Origin: Eledone cirrhosa
Lineage: Eukaryota
NCBI GenBank assembly: GCA_964016885.1
Contig: OZ024747.1
Coordinates: forward strand, 19,096,001-19,160,000
Reading direction: 5' to 3'
Length of the DNA: 64,000 nt
This document shows, one piece after another, positions 40,745 through 53,825 of this stretch; position 1 is the stretch's first letter, and each line of letters starts with the position of its first letter. Below the pieces are notes generated by a model, which did not search any database, was not told the DNA's origin, and saw nothing but the letters and a program-made list of their open reading frames with translations. The position numbers were made by a program, and so were the translations under genes.

Positions 40745-42103
40745 AATATATAAGAACCGTAGAGCAAATATTTATTAAAATAACAGATTAAAGTTTAAGC
40801 AAAGAATCGCTGCTTTCACCCTTAACGGGATCTTCTGAAACTAACAAAGTCAATCTGTAAACGCAGAACTGGATATTTCAAAAAACGTTGCAACCGGAGG
40901 AAGACAGGAAGACGATACTTTGGTTCGTGGAAACGTTCGCTGGCAAAGAACGGGAAAAAACGAATAATACGTCATTAATAGGAGCGGTGAAAAACAATTA
41001 CGCGCAAAGACAGAACCACGTTTATGGTATAAAAGAGGTCGTAGACTAATGTTCTCTTAGGTGGTGCATAGAGACGTTCTCTGGCAATGAACGAAAAAAC
41101 GAAGATAATAAGTCATATGTGGAGCGTGGAGAACAATAGCACGCAAAGACAAAACCACGTAAATGGTATAGCAGAAGTTGTAGACTAAAATTCTAACTAG
41201 GAGACCAAATGAATCTCCGCTACAGAGTTAAGAACAAAGTAAATAAATACAATACAGAAGTAATATAAACAAATAAATACATACACGCAAACAGATACGT
41301 ACATACACAAGCATACGCAAAACCTTACCATAGGTATACAAAACCACGCACATATAAATATGTGTGTGTGTGTATGCTTGTGTACAAATAAATAAATAAT
41401 TATATAAACGTATATAAGTAAATAAATACGTATATAACAAGCGCACACACATACCTACAAATAAATACACGAATGTTCGGAGACGTAAGTCAACTAAAAC
41501 AAGAAGTACACATATACACACACCCACCATACGTACGAACCTGCATACTTACGCAGACGCAAAACTCCCGTTTACACATAGCCAAACCCTAAATACCAGA
41601 ATATGTAAAAAGGATACGCCATAACAGTCAAATATACGTACGAGAAGGTATACATACCTTCACAAAACATACGGGTAATATATACTTACCTATGCAAATA
41701 AGTAAAGGAATAAACAAAACATATACTTAGCTCCCACATCAAGACGTAAAATATCCACGTATAGATCGTGCTATCCGTTAGGGTATAACGTGGGGCTGTA
41801 ATACAGGAAAGTTTTGTGCAATTTATGTTTACAAGCCGAAATTGCCTCAGATTTTTTGTTTAAGATGTGGTCTGTGGCGTAGAGTATTTCCAGGGCCTCA
41901 GCGGCGCAGAGGTCACATGGTCTTTTATTTCCGTTATACGATCTAGCCCTAGCTAGGATCTCCCAGTGTAACTTATATTGGGTGTGGTTGTCTTTTAGAC
42001 TCCAGATATAAGCTGAAAGTGACGTCATATTCCTTCTTAGAGGGTAACGAAAAGAATGGGTATGCATGTAAAGACGCTGCTTGAAACTATTGGCGGTTAA
42101 CCC

Positions 42104-42110
<7 letters not shown>
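40745..42110 (-). mobile_element. 5'-truncated Penelope-like element: GIY-YIG endonuclease C-terminal half and long 3' region
   Basis: YIGLTANSFKQRLYMH..TSLSAYIW.LK..WEIL..CDLC..E..I..LNKKSE....CKH. A ~140-bp tandem duplication lies at 40930-41195. Confidence 0.88.
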
Positions 42111-42137
<27 letters not shown>

Positions 42138-42141
<4 letters not shown>

Positions 42142-42293
42142 AACAAAAGATGGTTAAAAGAGTTCCATGTATTTTATTATGCGCATTTCAAAAACAAATA
42201 TCATCATGCAATAATATTTGTGTTTTCATCAGATAAAATAGGAAGACATGATATGAAGGTTAAAAAACACTTGTGGATAGTGCAGTTTTAAAT

Positions 42294-42300
<7 letters not shown>
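42138..42300 (-). mobile_element. Solo copy of the 34574 pLTR arm with hammerhead (42171-42239, minus strand)
   Basis: Closely similar to 34578-34742, with the core intact and (TA)n on both sides. Confidence 0.85.
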
Positions 42301-42346
<46 letters not shown>

Positions 42347-42577
42347 CAGGGATGAATGGCAACAGCTTGCACGTGAAATTAACGTGCAAGTGACTGAGCA
42401 TTCCATAGACACCTTCACATTAACGTAATTCACAGGAAGATTCACAGCTGAGCGGACTGGAGCAACGAGAAATAACTTGCCTTGCTGAAGTACTCAGCAC
42501 GCCATCAGGAATCCTATACTAATATCTGACTATCCAGTTTAGCTCAGGTGATTTTCCTTTCGGTAGTTCTGCTACAA

Positions 42578-42920
42578 AGGCGACGAATTGTCAGAATTGT
42601 TAGAACGTCGGATAGAATGTTTTATGGTATTCGCTCCGTCTCTCTGCTTTCTGCGTTCAAATCCCGCCGAGGTTAACTTTGCCTTTCATGCTTCCGAGGT
42701 CGATAAGAAAAATACCAGTCTAGTACTGGGGTCGTTTCTTCCTCTTTATCACTTTCTCATTTTCTTTCTCTCACTTTCTATCTTTCTCTGGAAGAAATCT
42801 GCTGTACTCAGGCCTGGAGAAGGATGGCCTCCACCAAGTTTAAAATGCCTACGAAACGTCTTATGTCAACAAGGGGCCCCTATAACTCTATCAGGAGTTA
42901 CGGGAGAAGAAAAGGAAGAA
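42578..42920 (+). mobile_element. tRNA-derived SINE with the alternative long tail
   Basis: Head and core as in the main family, then ctctggaagaaatctgctgta...tcaggagttacggga(gaa)n. Confidence 0.75.
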
Positions 42921-44125
42921 GAGAGTTCTGCTATAATCACCGGAAGAAAGGTGATGTCATACGTTTTAGAATAGTATTCTAATATCAGATGCTTTGTCGT
43001 CGAGAGGTAATCCATTTTCACTGCATGATAACATGTTACTCAATCACAGCTGTAGTCATCTGGAGGCCATTGGCAATTGCAATACAATACAGAACACTTG
43101 GAGATTCAATATATAAAAGCTGGGAACTTCAATCACTTCTAGCTGTTCTTAAACAACTCGATCGGTCGTAAATAGCATCAAGTCAGTATTTTTCTATCGA
43201 GACATGTCATAAGCGTTCTTTTATTTAGTGGCTTGTCTATATAAATAAGTGTTTCTACTTTTTGGCACAAGTCCAGCAATTACCCCAGTGAATTACTGGT
43301 ACTTTATTTAATCAACCATGTGAGGATGAAAGACAAATAAAGTTAACCTTAGCGGGATTTGAACTGAGGCTGTAAAGGGCCGTAACTCTATGCTGCAAAG
43401 CATAGAGTCCGACTCTATACCGATACTGTCAGTAAATAAGGAAATTCTGTTTAAATTTTGCTCTGAATTGTATTTTGAGCTCTTTGTATCCTTCTATATG
43501 TTCTTACGTGACTACCACATGTTTGTGTCATGGCCGATCTCCGTGGTATGTTTATCATTTATATTTTGGTCATGGTTCATGTCATACAATTTTCTCTAAA
43601 GTAAAATCTACTGGTTTGTTGTTATTGCTGATCTTACTAAGTAACGCAAAGTGATTTCTTCTCACCGAATATAACTTGCTGGTAGTTGGGATATTTTACA
43701 TGTCTCCAATAAGTTCTTAATCCAGACCTGTAAACCTCTAAAAACCTAAACGTGGAGAAATGAGGCAAAAATGGGGAGATTTTACATAATGAAAGCTATA
43801 CCCATTTACACAATAACGGGGAGATGGGGAGAGTTGACAGGTTTGCTTAATCAATGTATTTTCTCTAGAATTCTTGTAGAATTGATATACGCCTTGATTC
43901 AATTTGACCCCCCCCCCCACAAAAAAACCCCACTGGAATTTCTTTTGATAGTCCCACGATTCAGGTTTCCAGTCTTTCCAAACGACATGTAATAAAAATC
44001 AACGGGCTGGGTATTAGTTTCATTTGAACGCTTGGCAACTGCTATGATATTTTCTTTAAAACAAATTTCAAGCATTTTGTAAGACCCGTTGAAATACCAC
44101 GATGGACATAGACAAACGTCTAGAG

Positions 44126-44398
44126 CAGGGTTTCCCAACCAGGGATGCTAGTACCCTCTGAGGGTCGAGATAGCATTCCAGGGGGAGCGAGATAACATAT
44201 TTTGTTTTTTATTAATAGTATTATTCAAATTTTAATTTGCTACAATATTTTTTTTCTTTTCCATGTTTCATTTTTGTTTACGTATTATATTAAAAAAATT
44301 AGATTATATAAATTTGTTCAAATTTAGTATTAATTCGTCTTCTTTATTCTAAAATAGATTATTGCTTTTTTAAGGTTGAAAAAGGTTGGGAAACACTG
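44126..44398. mobile_element. hAT/Charlie-type MITE
   Basis: TIR cagggtttcccaacc / ggttgggaaacactg; TSD gtctagag / gtctagaa. Confidence 0.88.
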
Positions 44399-44598
44399 GT
44401 CTAGAATGACACCCCAACCACTGACTGCACCAAATACGGGAATTTGATTGATTATTGATTTATGTATATTTGTCTTGTTTATAAAAATGAGAATGTGTAT
44501 ATAATTGTTTTGAAATCAGTGTCCAAGTAGGAAAGAGTTTTTTTAAAAATATTCCTCGGGTTCTCTTCATTTATTTTGTCTTTATATATTCGTGGGAG

Positions 44599-44901
44599 CA
44601 GGGCCGGATTTAATGGGGAGCAAAGGAGGCAAGTGCACCGGGACCCCTGCAGTGGGGCGGGGCACCAGCGACAGTCTTAGCAATTTATTTATTCTCTCTG
44701 TTGGGCGTCTTAGTTTTAGGATGGTTAGATTTTTAAAATTTAATACCTGTATATATAACTTTTCAATTCCAGTTACTTGCACCAAGCTAACTTCGCTATA
44801 TAAAATTCGGGGTTTGTCGTGTATTCTATTTTTTGGTGTATGAGGGCCCCCTCCCCAAGCCTGAAGTGTCCCGGGCCCCTCAAGGTCTAAATCCGGCCCT
44901 G
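44599..44901. mobile_element. hAT-type MITE
   Basis: TIR cagggccggattta / taaatccggccctg; the TSD is degenerate. Confidence 0.8.
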
Positions 44902-45306
44902 CATGAGGGTAGGTTTTGGGTTGTTGATGTTTGGGCTCGGAGTTGGAAAGTACGTTTCCGTTAGTTATAATAAAGCTGTTAGAAATTTTGTCTGTCAGTT
45001 TTATTGTATCTATTACTATTTAGCCCCAGATCTAAGGCATTCCAGCCATTACCATCTCCCTATCTTACCTTTATACGGATATATATGACTCTAGTATCCA
45101 ATGTTTTCTGCTATGATATAGTTTTGGTATGGTGTGATTCGAGGAATATTTGGCTACTATAAGATCTATGGATAGCAACATCAATATATACGTTAGTTAT
45201 GCCATTTTACGTTCTGCGCTATATGTGGTAAGGCAGTTACAAATGGGATGCATTTCTAGCTAACGGCATTCTAGAAATAGCAGACAAATCTCCACCGTCT
45301 CACGAC

Positions 45307-45455
45307 AGAAAAGATACATTAGATAATTTAGTTTCTGATACATTATAGGCTAAAAAAAATGACCTGCTCAACCAGAGTTGACCTGGGACAAAACAACAAC
45401 AGCATCGACCAATTATCAACTACAATAATACACCATGCGTGTTTGTATAGTTATA

Positions 45456-45550
<95 letters not shown>

Positions 45551-45557
45551 CATACAT

Positions 45558-45609
<52 letters not shown>

Positions 45610-45790
45610 ATATATATATGTGCGTGTGTATATATATATATTATAACTATACAAACACGCATGGTGTATTATTGTAGTTGATAATTGGTCGATGCTGTTG
45701 TTGTTTTGTCCCAGGTCAACTCTGGTTCAGCAGGTCATTTTTTTAAAGCCTATAATGTATCAGAAACTAAATTATCTAATGTATCTTTTC

Positions 45791-45791
<1 letters not shown>
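45307..45791. repeat. Inverted duplication (~152-bp arms) around a (CA)n/(TA)n spacer
   Basis: 45307-45458 is the reverse complement of 45639-45791, with about 3 differences. Confidence 0.92.
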
Positions 45792-45860
<69 letters not shown>

Positions 45861-46146
45861 TATAAAAATGGCGTAGACATTACAATACAATAGGAGAAAT
45901 CATAATAGTACCACTGATGATGTTGCAGATGTGCGACGAAAGAACTTTGATAGACTATATATACATATATATTTATATCTGTATTTTTAACCGCTGGTCA
46001 ATCAATGATAAACATTGATTGGCAAATAAATTAACTATGGAGATATAAAAGATACAGAAGCGAAAACCAACCAAAGAGTGAGTGTGTTCTGTTATTATTT
46101 CTGGCAATATTATAACACTATGACCCTCCCCAAGTATAACAATATA

Positions 46147-46188
<42 letters not shown>

Positions 46189-46189
<1 letters not shown>

Positions 46190-46796
46190 CAGGTCACCAG
46201 TTGGTGCTACTGGTAACATGTATTCCAGTACAATCTGTCTCATGGTCGGGTCGTTGGCGACTAAACTGGCAACCCCACCAAGGTTTCTTGGTGAGGAGGG
46301 TGACTTTGGACATCCTGCAGGACTAAAAACAAAACCTGTCAAAGGGCAAAGGAGCTCTTTAGAGTCAATGGCCATCCAAAATCACTGGGAGAGATGACCC
46401 CTTAGCCTTTGTCAAGGCAAAATTCTAGGAGAAGGAAAACTCTGATATAACACCTGCAACCCTGATGGTATCCAATGATGTTGACTTGTTCTTCTTTTTG
46501 GTAAATATCATCTTGGTTAAGAGAGTGGGACTGGCTTTGTGCAGTGCCTTTGCTCACTATAAAAGCTTCACAGCACAGGCATTGCTTTATATCTGGAGAT
46601 CTCTCTGCACTTGTCGTCACATGGTACCATGGGCCCAGCACTATGTGTCAATAATTGTCACAAGTGTAGTGTTTGTACCAGAGTTTTCAATACGCTGGCT
46701 GGACTAAAAAGTCACACTCGTTCAGCGCATCGGTAGGGGTTCTCCTACATGGATATAAAGTAGTGGCCGTACTCGAAAACGAGTTGGCAGCCACCA
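46189..46796 (+). mobile_element. ~605-bp non-autonomous (probably bipartite RTE-derived) retroelement, copy 1
   Basis: Same ends as 55255-55860. The 3' part encodes a C2H2-like CSVCTRVFNTLAGLKSH and ends gttggcagccacca. Confidence 0.75.
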
Positions 46797-47559
46797 TATA
46801 TATATATATACACACACACACACTGAGCATTTCCTATATCAGACACGTTGTTACAACAAGAAGTTCGCTTTCCAGTTACAAGGTCCTAGGTTCTAAACTG
46901 CCATTTGTCCCCGTAAATAATTAGTTCTCCAATAAGTGTTACTCATACATTTAACCCTATGTCATTTATATATACATATTAAACGTCTATGTAATTATAT
47001 CCTAGAAATATATGATTAAAATAACATTTTTATCTTTAATCAATACCACGTGTCAGTAATTACCATAAACTATAAGGTTTCTCGTATGCAGAGCATAAAT
47101 TTATCAAAACGTAAATTTCCCAGTTTGTAATCCTGGTATATATGACATACCAACCTTGGACACTAAATACGTTCAATGTTGTTGCACTCAATATTGACGA
47201 TACTGGTCCACTAGTATTTTATATATATATAAAAATGTAATAGTTAACAGTGCTTTCTGATTTAGGCACAAGGCCAACGATTTTAGGGAAGGAGAAAGTC
47301 GATTAAATAAATCCCAGTGCATTACTGGTACTTTATTGTATCGACCCCGTAAGGATGAAAGTCAGAGATAACCACGGCGGGATTTGAACTCAGGACGTAA
47401 AGGGACGTAACTCTCTGCTACAAAGCATGTTGTCCGACGCTCTACCGATATTGCCAATCCACCACCCTTTATGTAATCATTAACAATATGCTATTCTAGC
47501 CAGATCACACTGCCGAATAATATTTGAGTGCAACGTCCGTCAGTAGTACATGGATATTT

Positions 47560-48200
47560 TAAGGTTAGCTAGGTGAAAAGACAAACTTTGCCCTTTGACA
47601 TTGTGTTGGAACATTTTTGAACGGCACTATATTAAAAGACATTTCAACAACCAAACTTGTAAATGAAAATCTGAAATATTTCAAAAGGTTAGTAGAAGAA
47701 AAAAACAACTTGAGATGTCGAAACCAAAAAAAAAACAACAAAAAAACGAAATGTGTAAAAGTGCCGAACAAAGTTCAAGCTGCTTCTCATCAACTAACAA
47801 CAACCATTACTAAGCAAATGGAAGGCACATATTAGCACATACTAGAGATGACTAACTTATTTTGCCAGCATACTGCTTGATTATTTGAACAATGTTTAGT
47901 AATGAAGCTGTACTAGGAATTGGCAAAATTCCGTTATCTGATAATGCAGTTCGAAGGATAATAATTGAAATGTCTTCCAGCATCAAGGAGCAGGTTTCTA
48001 CCGAACTTGAAAAAAAAAATTCGATTTTTCTTTATAAGTTGACTATTCAACTGGTATTAGCCGCGAAGAAGAACATTCATTCGTTTCATTTAAGAAACCG
48101 GAATTACAAACCAAGTTTTAGCTGCTGAAACCTGCAAAAATCCATTCGAATAGAAGATACATTCGATGGTCATTACTGTCTGTGTAGAAAAAATTAGGAA
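47560..48200 (+). mobile_element. Decayed hAT Charlie/Buster transposase fragment
   Basis: AASHQL, LILPA, KIPLSDNAVRRIIIEMS..IKEQ remnants. Confidence 0.75.
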
Positions 48201-48392
48201 CTCCATAAACATTGTCTTCGGTGAAGAATTGGCAGAGTCGCTGGAAGATCGGATAGAATGCTTTGCAGTATTCGTTTTCTTTACGTTCTTTGTTGTTGTA
48301 TTCTTTAGCGATGGTATGTGGCCTAATGGTTAGCGTGTTGGATTCACGATCATTAACTCGGTTTTATATGTTTAGGATAATATTATCTAATA

Positions 48393-48578
48393 TGCGGTGG
48401 ATTGGCAGTATCGGTAGAAGGTCGGACGCCATGTTTTCCAGCATAGTTACGTCCCTTTACGATCTGAGTTCAAATCCCGCCGAGGTTGACTTTGCCTTTC
48501 ATCCTTACGGGGTCGATAAAATAAAGTACCAATAATGCACTGGGTAATTGCTGGCATTGTGCCTAAAGTAGAAACAAT
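48393..48578 (+). mobile_element. tRNA-derived SINE with TSD attatctaatat
   Basis: Main SINE family with duplicated flank. Confidence 0.85.
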
Positions 48579-48854
48579 TATCTAATATGTCTTTACATTT
48601 TAAAGAAAATAGGGGTATGATATTAAAAAAATTCTGTTTGATGTTTCTAAAGGGTTTTGCAGAGGAATTCTCATTGAGTCATCATCTACTAAAAGAAAGT
48701 TTTTCACCTTTCCTTCACATGACCACTTTTTTCCGTTATTAAGGGTAAATTATCCATTTTCTCAACTATTATCTATAGTGATCGGCTGTACTTACAGTTA
48801 TTTTCCAGCATTTGGGACCTTCACAGTTCCAAATTTTCAAATACAAATACAAAT

Positions 48855-48940
<86 letters not shown>

Positions 48941-48958
48941 CTTCTTGTTGTTTTGATT

Positions 48959-48996
48959 GCCCTGATGAGTCCTTAATAGGACGAAACATTGTCGGC
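48959..48996 (+). ncRNA. Minimal type I hammerhead ribozyme
   Basis: gcc-CTGATGA-gtcct-taat-aggac-GAAA-cattg-TC^-ggc, followed by AATAAA, in a ~125-bp insert between (TA)n tracts. Confidence 0.88.
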
Positions 48997-49138
48997 TAAT
49001 AAAAACTTTTGATGTATTAAAGGATTCTTTGTTTTACTCTCTTAATATATATATATATATATATATATAATAGTAGAACACTGGAGGGTTATATCCGTAG
49101 TAGTAGAGCACTCAGTCCATGGGACGAGTTGAATATAA

Positions 49139-49170
<32 letters not shown>

Positions 49171-49750
49171 GTGTGTGTATGCGCGCGCGTGTGTGTGTGT
49201 GTGTTGAAATTCCGTTGCCAGAATGGAAAGAAATTTGGGTATAAAACAGCGAGAAAATAAAATGAAGAACAAAAGACCTATGCGCAAAGGATTATCACGA
49301 GCAAAACTATTCGAGAGTTGTATGAAGTTATACGTGAAAGTGATTGAAAAAAAATTCCCTCTGCCCCTTAAGAGAGTGCAATGATGTGCCTACGCACGCA
49401 TCATGTGTAGGTATCTGTGAGTATGTTCGTCTTCATGTTCGTGCGTGTGTTTGGTGGGGTTAAGAACAGGGAAATCATTTCCATATAGAGCCAAGGGAAA
49501 TGAAATGCTAGCCTGATAGAATTGAATATATATAAATGTGTAATAATGAGAAAATGTAAACTGAGAATAAATGAGACGATATATTTGGCAGTGTTTTTGT
49601 TGCAAGAGAACGTCACTTAATATTTCATAATCTCTCTAGGATTAGCTATCAATCAAATTCACTTAGGTTATTGAATATTTGAAAACTCTTTATACCACTG
49701 TTGAAAACTTTAATAAGTACCGAAAGTACATGAAGATGAAGTTGATATAA

Positions 49751-49787
<37 letters not shown>

Positions 49788-49937
49788 TATGCGTATATAT
49801 ATTTGTATGACTCCTCTGTCTGCCAGTCTCTCTCTATATATATACATATATATATAAACACGTGTGCGTATGTATATATGAATTTATGTATATATATATA
49901 TATATGTATATGTATATGTATATATATATGTAATATA

Positions 49938-50033
<96 letters not shown>

Positions 50034-50394
50034 AGTGTGTATGTGTGTGTGCATACATATATATATGCGTATGCGTGTGAGTATGTATTTACACACACAA
50101 ACACACACAAATATATGTATAATCCGTCTTCTTTAAGATTTGAGTAAATTGCAAATGTTTCACTATTTCATATTAGCTTGATTAAGATGTAATAAAATGA
50201 CAAAGAAGGTGACAACAAGCTTCAGCCTTAAATTAGTGCACACATGAACACACTCAACCACAGACATACACACACATACACGGAAATACACATAAATACA
50301 AACACACATGCATTTTGTCCTTCCCTTAACCCTTGTTTTTCACTATTTCATTTTTTCTGACCTCTTTTTCTCTTATCCTGCTTATCATTTTATG

Positions 50395-51115
50395 ACGGCG
50401 GTGGATTGGCAGTATCGGTAGAGGATAGGGCGTTATGCTTTGCTGCACAGAGTAACGCCCTTTACAGTCTGAGTTCAAATCCCGCCGAGGTTAACTTTGC
50501 CTTTCATCCTTACGGGGTCGATAAAACAAAGTACCAGTAATGCACTGGGTAATTGCTGGCCTTGTGCCAAAAGTAGAAACAATTATTTTATGACGGCGGT
50601 GGATTGGCAGTATCGGTAGAGAGTCGGACGCCATGCTTTGCAGCATAGAGTTAAATCCCTTTACCGCCTGAGTTCAAATCCCACCGAGGTTAACTTTGCC
50701 TTTCATCCATAAATCACCAGTAACGGACTGGTATAATTGTTGGCCTTGTGCCAAAAATAGAAACAATTATTTTATGACGGCGAAATGGCAAAGGCGTTAG
50801 TACGTCGGATAGAGTGCTTTGCGGTATTCGATTTCGGTTCTCTGTTCTCTGAGTCCAAATCCTGCTGAGGTCAATTTTCTCTTTCATCCATTCAAGGGAG
50901 ATAAAAAAAGTACCAGTCTTATACTGGGTTGATTCTTCCTCTATATCTCTTTCTCACTTCTATTCTTTCACTTTCTATCCTCTGGAAGAAATCTGCTGTA
51001 TTTAGACTTGGAGAGGGGATGGGTTTCGCCAAGTTTAAAAATACCCTAGAAACTCTGTATGTTAATACAGCCCTCCTCTCCCCTCCCCCTACGACTCTCT
51101 CAGGAGTTACAGGAA
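50395..51115 (+). mobile_element. Head-to-tail SINE trimer
   Basis: Three SINE heads, each preceded by attttatgacggcg (starting ~50395, ~50594 and ~50777); the third has the alternative tail. Confidence 0.88.
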
Positions 51116-51199
51116 CATGTATACATGCATACTTATTGTTTTAATCTACTTTTAAAAAATACTTTAATTATTGGATACTTCTTTTCGCTAATAAATCGA

Positions 51200-51742
51200 A
51201 TTCTTTCCTCTTCCTCCGCCTCCTCCTCCTGCTCCTCCTCCTCCCTGATCACCACTTCTTCTTCTTCTTCTTCTTACTCCTCCCCCTCAACTCCCCCCCT
51301 CCTAGCTTTTTCTTTTCCACAAGTACCACCACCACAGTCATCGTCATCTTCATCAACAATACAATCCACAAACACTACCTCACCACTGCCACTACCACCA
51401 CCACCACCACCACCACCACCGCCACTACCACCACCACCACCACCACCACCATCACCGCCGCCACTGCCACTATCACCACCACCACCACCACCACCACCAC
51501 CGCCGCCACTGCCACTACCACCATCACCGCCGCCACCACCACCACCACCACCATCACCGCCGCCACCACCACCACCACCACCACCACCACCAGTACTATT
51601 ATCAACAACGATATCTCCACAAATATTACCAGTGTCAGCACTACCTCCACCACCAACAGCATCAACATCAGCAACATCAACATCAGCAGCATCAGCATCA
51701 GCAGCATCACATCAGCAGCATCAACATCAGCAACAACAGCAA

Positions 51743-51774
<32 letters not shown>

Positions 51775-52635
51775 ACAGCACCAGTCCGACAAGCATGACC
51801 TCCACTGCAGATGGTATAGACCTTAGAAATACCACCACAAGCTATTTCTCCAAATCTCACACCCCACCACCACCACAACCGCCATAACACCAGCACCACC
51901 ACAACCACCACAACCACCATAACCGCCAGCACCTCCAGCGCCGCCACCACCACCACAACCACCAGCACCTCCAGCGCCACCACCACCACCACCACAACCA
52001 CCATAACTCCAGCACCACCACCACCACCAGCACCAGCACCACCACAACCACTACAACCACCATAACCGCCAGCACCACCAGCGCCACCACCACCACCACA
52101 ACCACCATAACTCCAGCACCACCACCACCAACAGCACCACAACCATCACCACAACCTCCATAACACCAGCACCAGCATCACCAGCATCACCGTCACCACC
52201 ACCACCACCGCCACCACCACCACCACCACCACCACCACCACCACCTCCACCACCACAGCATCTCACCCCCTCTCGCTAAATAGCGCCACCATCACCACAA
52301 CCACCATAACACCAGCACCATCACCACCACCACCACCACCACCACCACCACTACAGCATCTCTCTCATCCCCGACCCCCACTCGCTAAATAGCGCCACCA
52401 TCACCACAACCACCATAACACCAGCACCATCACCACCACCACCACCACCACCACCACCACCACTACAGCATCTCTCTCATCCCCGACCCCCACTCGCTAA
52501 ATAGCGCCACCATCACCACAACCACCATAACACCAGCACCACCACAACTACCCCAACCATCACCACCACCACCACCACCACTACAGCATCTCTCTCATCC
52601 CCCGCCCTCCACTCGCTAAACATCGCCACCATCCT
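51200..52635. repeat. CCA/CAG-rich low-complexity tract ending in four ~110-120-bp tandem units
   Basis: (CCA)n and (CAG)n runs; anchor tcgctaaatagcgccacc at ~52273, 52382, 52494 and (variant) 52613. Confidence 0.85.
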
Positions 52636-52972
52636 ATTGCTATGTAACTACATAGCAATGTTAAGCTAACAACAGGAGACCTTTTCGTTGAAGATAATTG
52701 TCGAAATCTCATCAACGCCAGAAATTACAGAACCAATCCTGTTAATAGATCTAATTGAAAGCTATGAAATCAGGCAATTAACTAATGATTTTCACTAATA
52801 CACACCCCCTTCTCCCCTCAACACTCACCTCTTCTATCCATTTTCACTTCTTTCCTTCTTTTTCTCCTATGTGTATATATATGTGTGTGTGTGTGTGAGT
52901 GAGCGCACACATACATAAATGCTTATGTATATATATATATATATATATATGTACGTATATATATATATACAT

Positions 52973-53058
<86 letters not shown>

Positions 53059-53147
53059 GTATATATACATATATGTATATATATATATGTATCATCACCA
53101 TCATCACTGTTAAACACCCATTTTTCCACGCTAGCATGGTTGTGTGT

Positions 53148-53196
<49 letters not shown>

Positions 53197-53550
53197 AAAC
53201 ACACAGCATTTCATGAACCAACACAATTCCACCCTTTGGCAGTATTTTTTCCTCCCCACATACTCCCATCTTTACCAAACCAACTTTATTGCTATTAACA
53301 TCAACACAACCACTAAACTATTAACATGACCAACAGCTACAATTTTCTCTTCATTAAACAAGAAGAAAACAAGAAAAAATTGCAAAAAGTCAAACGAATT
53401 CTAACAACCAACGTTTAGAATTTATTCAAAGACACACAATTACGCATAGAAACACAATCACAAACACACTCAGATGTGTACAAGTGTTTATATATTTATG
53501 CATATGTATATGTATAGATACATTTCTGTTCATATATCTGCATGCGTATG

Positions 53551-53582
<32 letters not shown>

Positions 53583-53588
53583 CACAAA

Positions 53589-53620
<32 letters not shown>

Positions 53621-53632
53621 CACAAATATATG

Positions 53633-53763
<131 letters not shown>

Positions 53764-53825
53764 CATATATATATATATGTATATATATATACACATATAT
53801 ATACACATATATATATATACATATA

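Noticed and set aside
40795-40850. Hammerhead at the end of the Penelope remnant (minus strand)
   Set aside because: Core reads CAGAAGA rather than CUGAAGA, and helices I and III do not pair well; at best decayed.
51059-52266. Poly-Pro/Gln and poly-Val/Gly ORFs resembling formin or extensin
   Set aside because: Trinucleotide low complexity, open on both strands; starts inside a SINE tail; no flanking domain or convincing splice sites.
52240-52635. Regularly spaced repeats resembling a CRISPR array
   Set aside because: The intervening sequences are themselves repeated low-complexity DNA; eukaryotic context with no cas genes.
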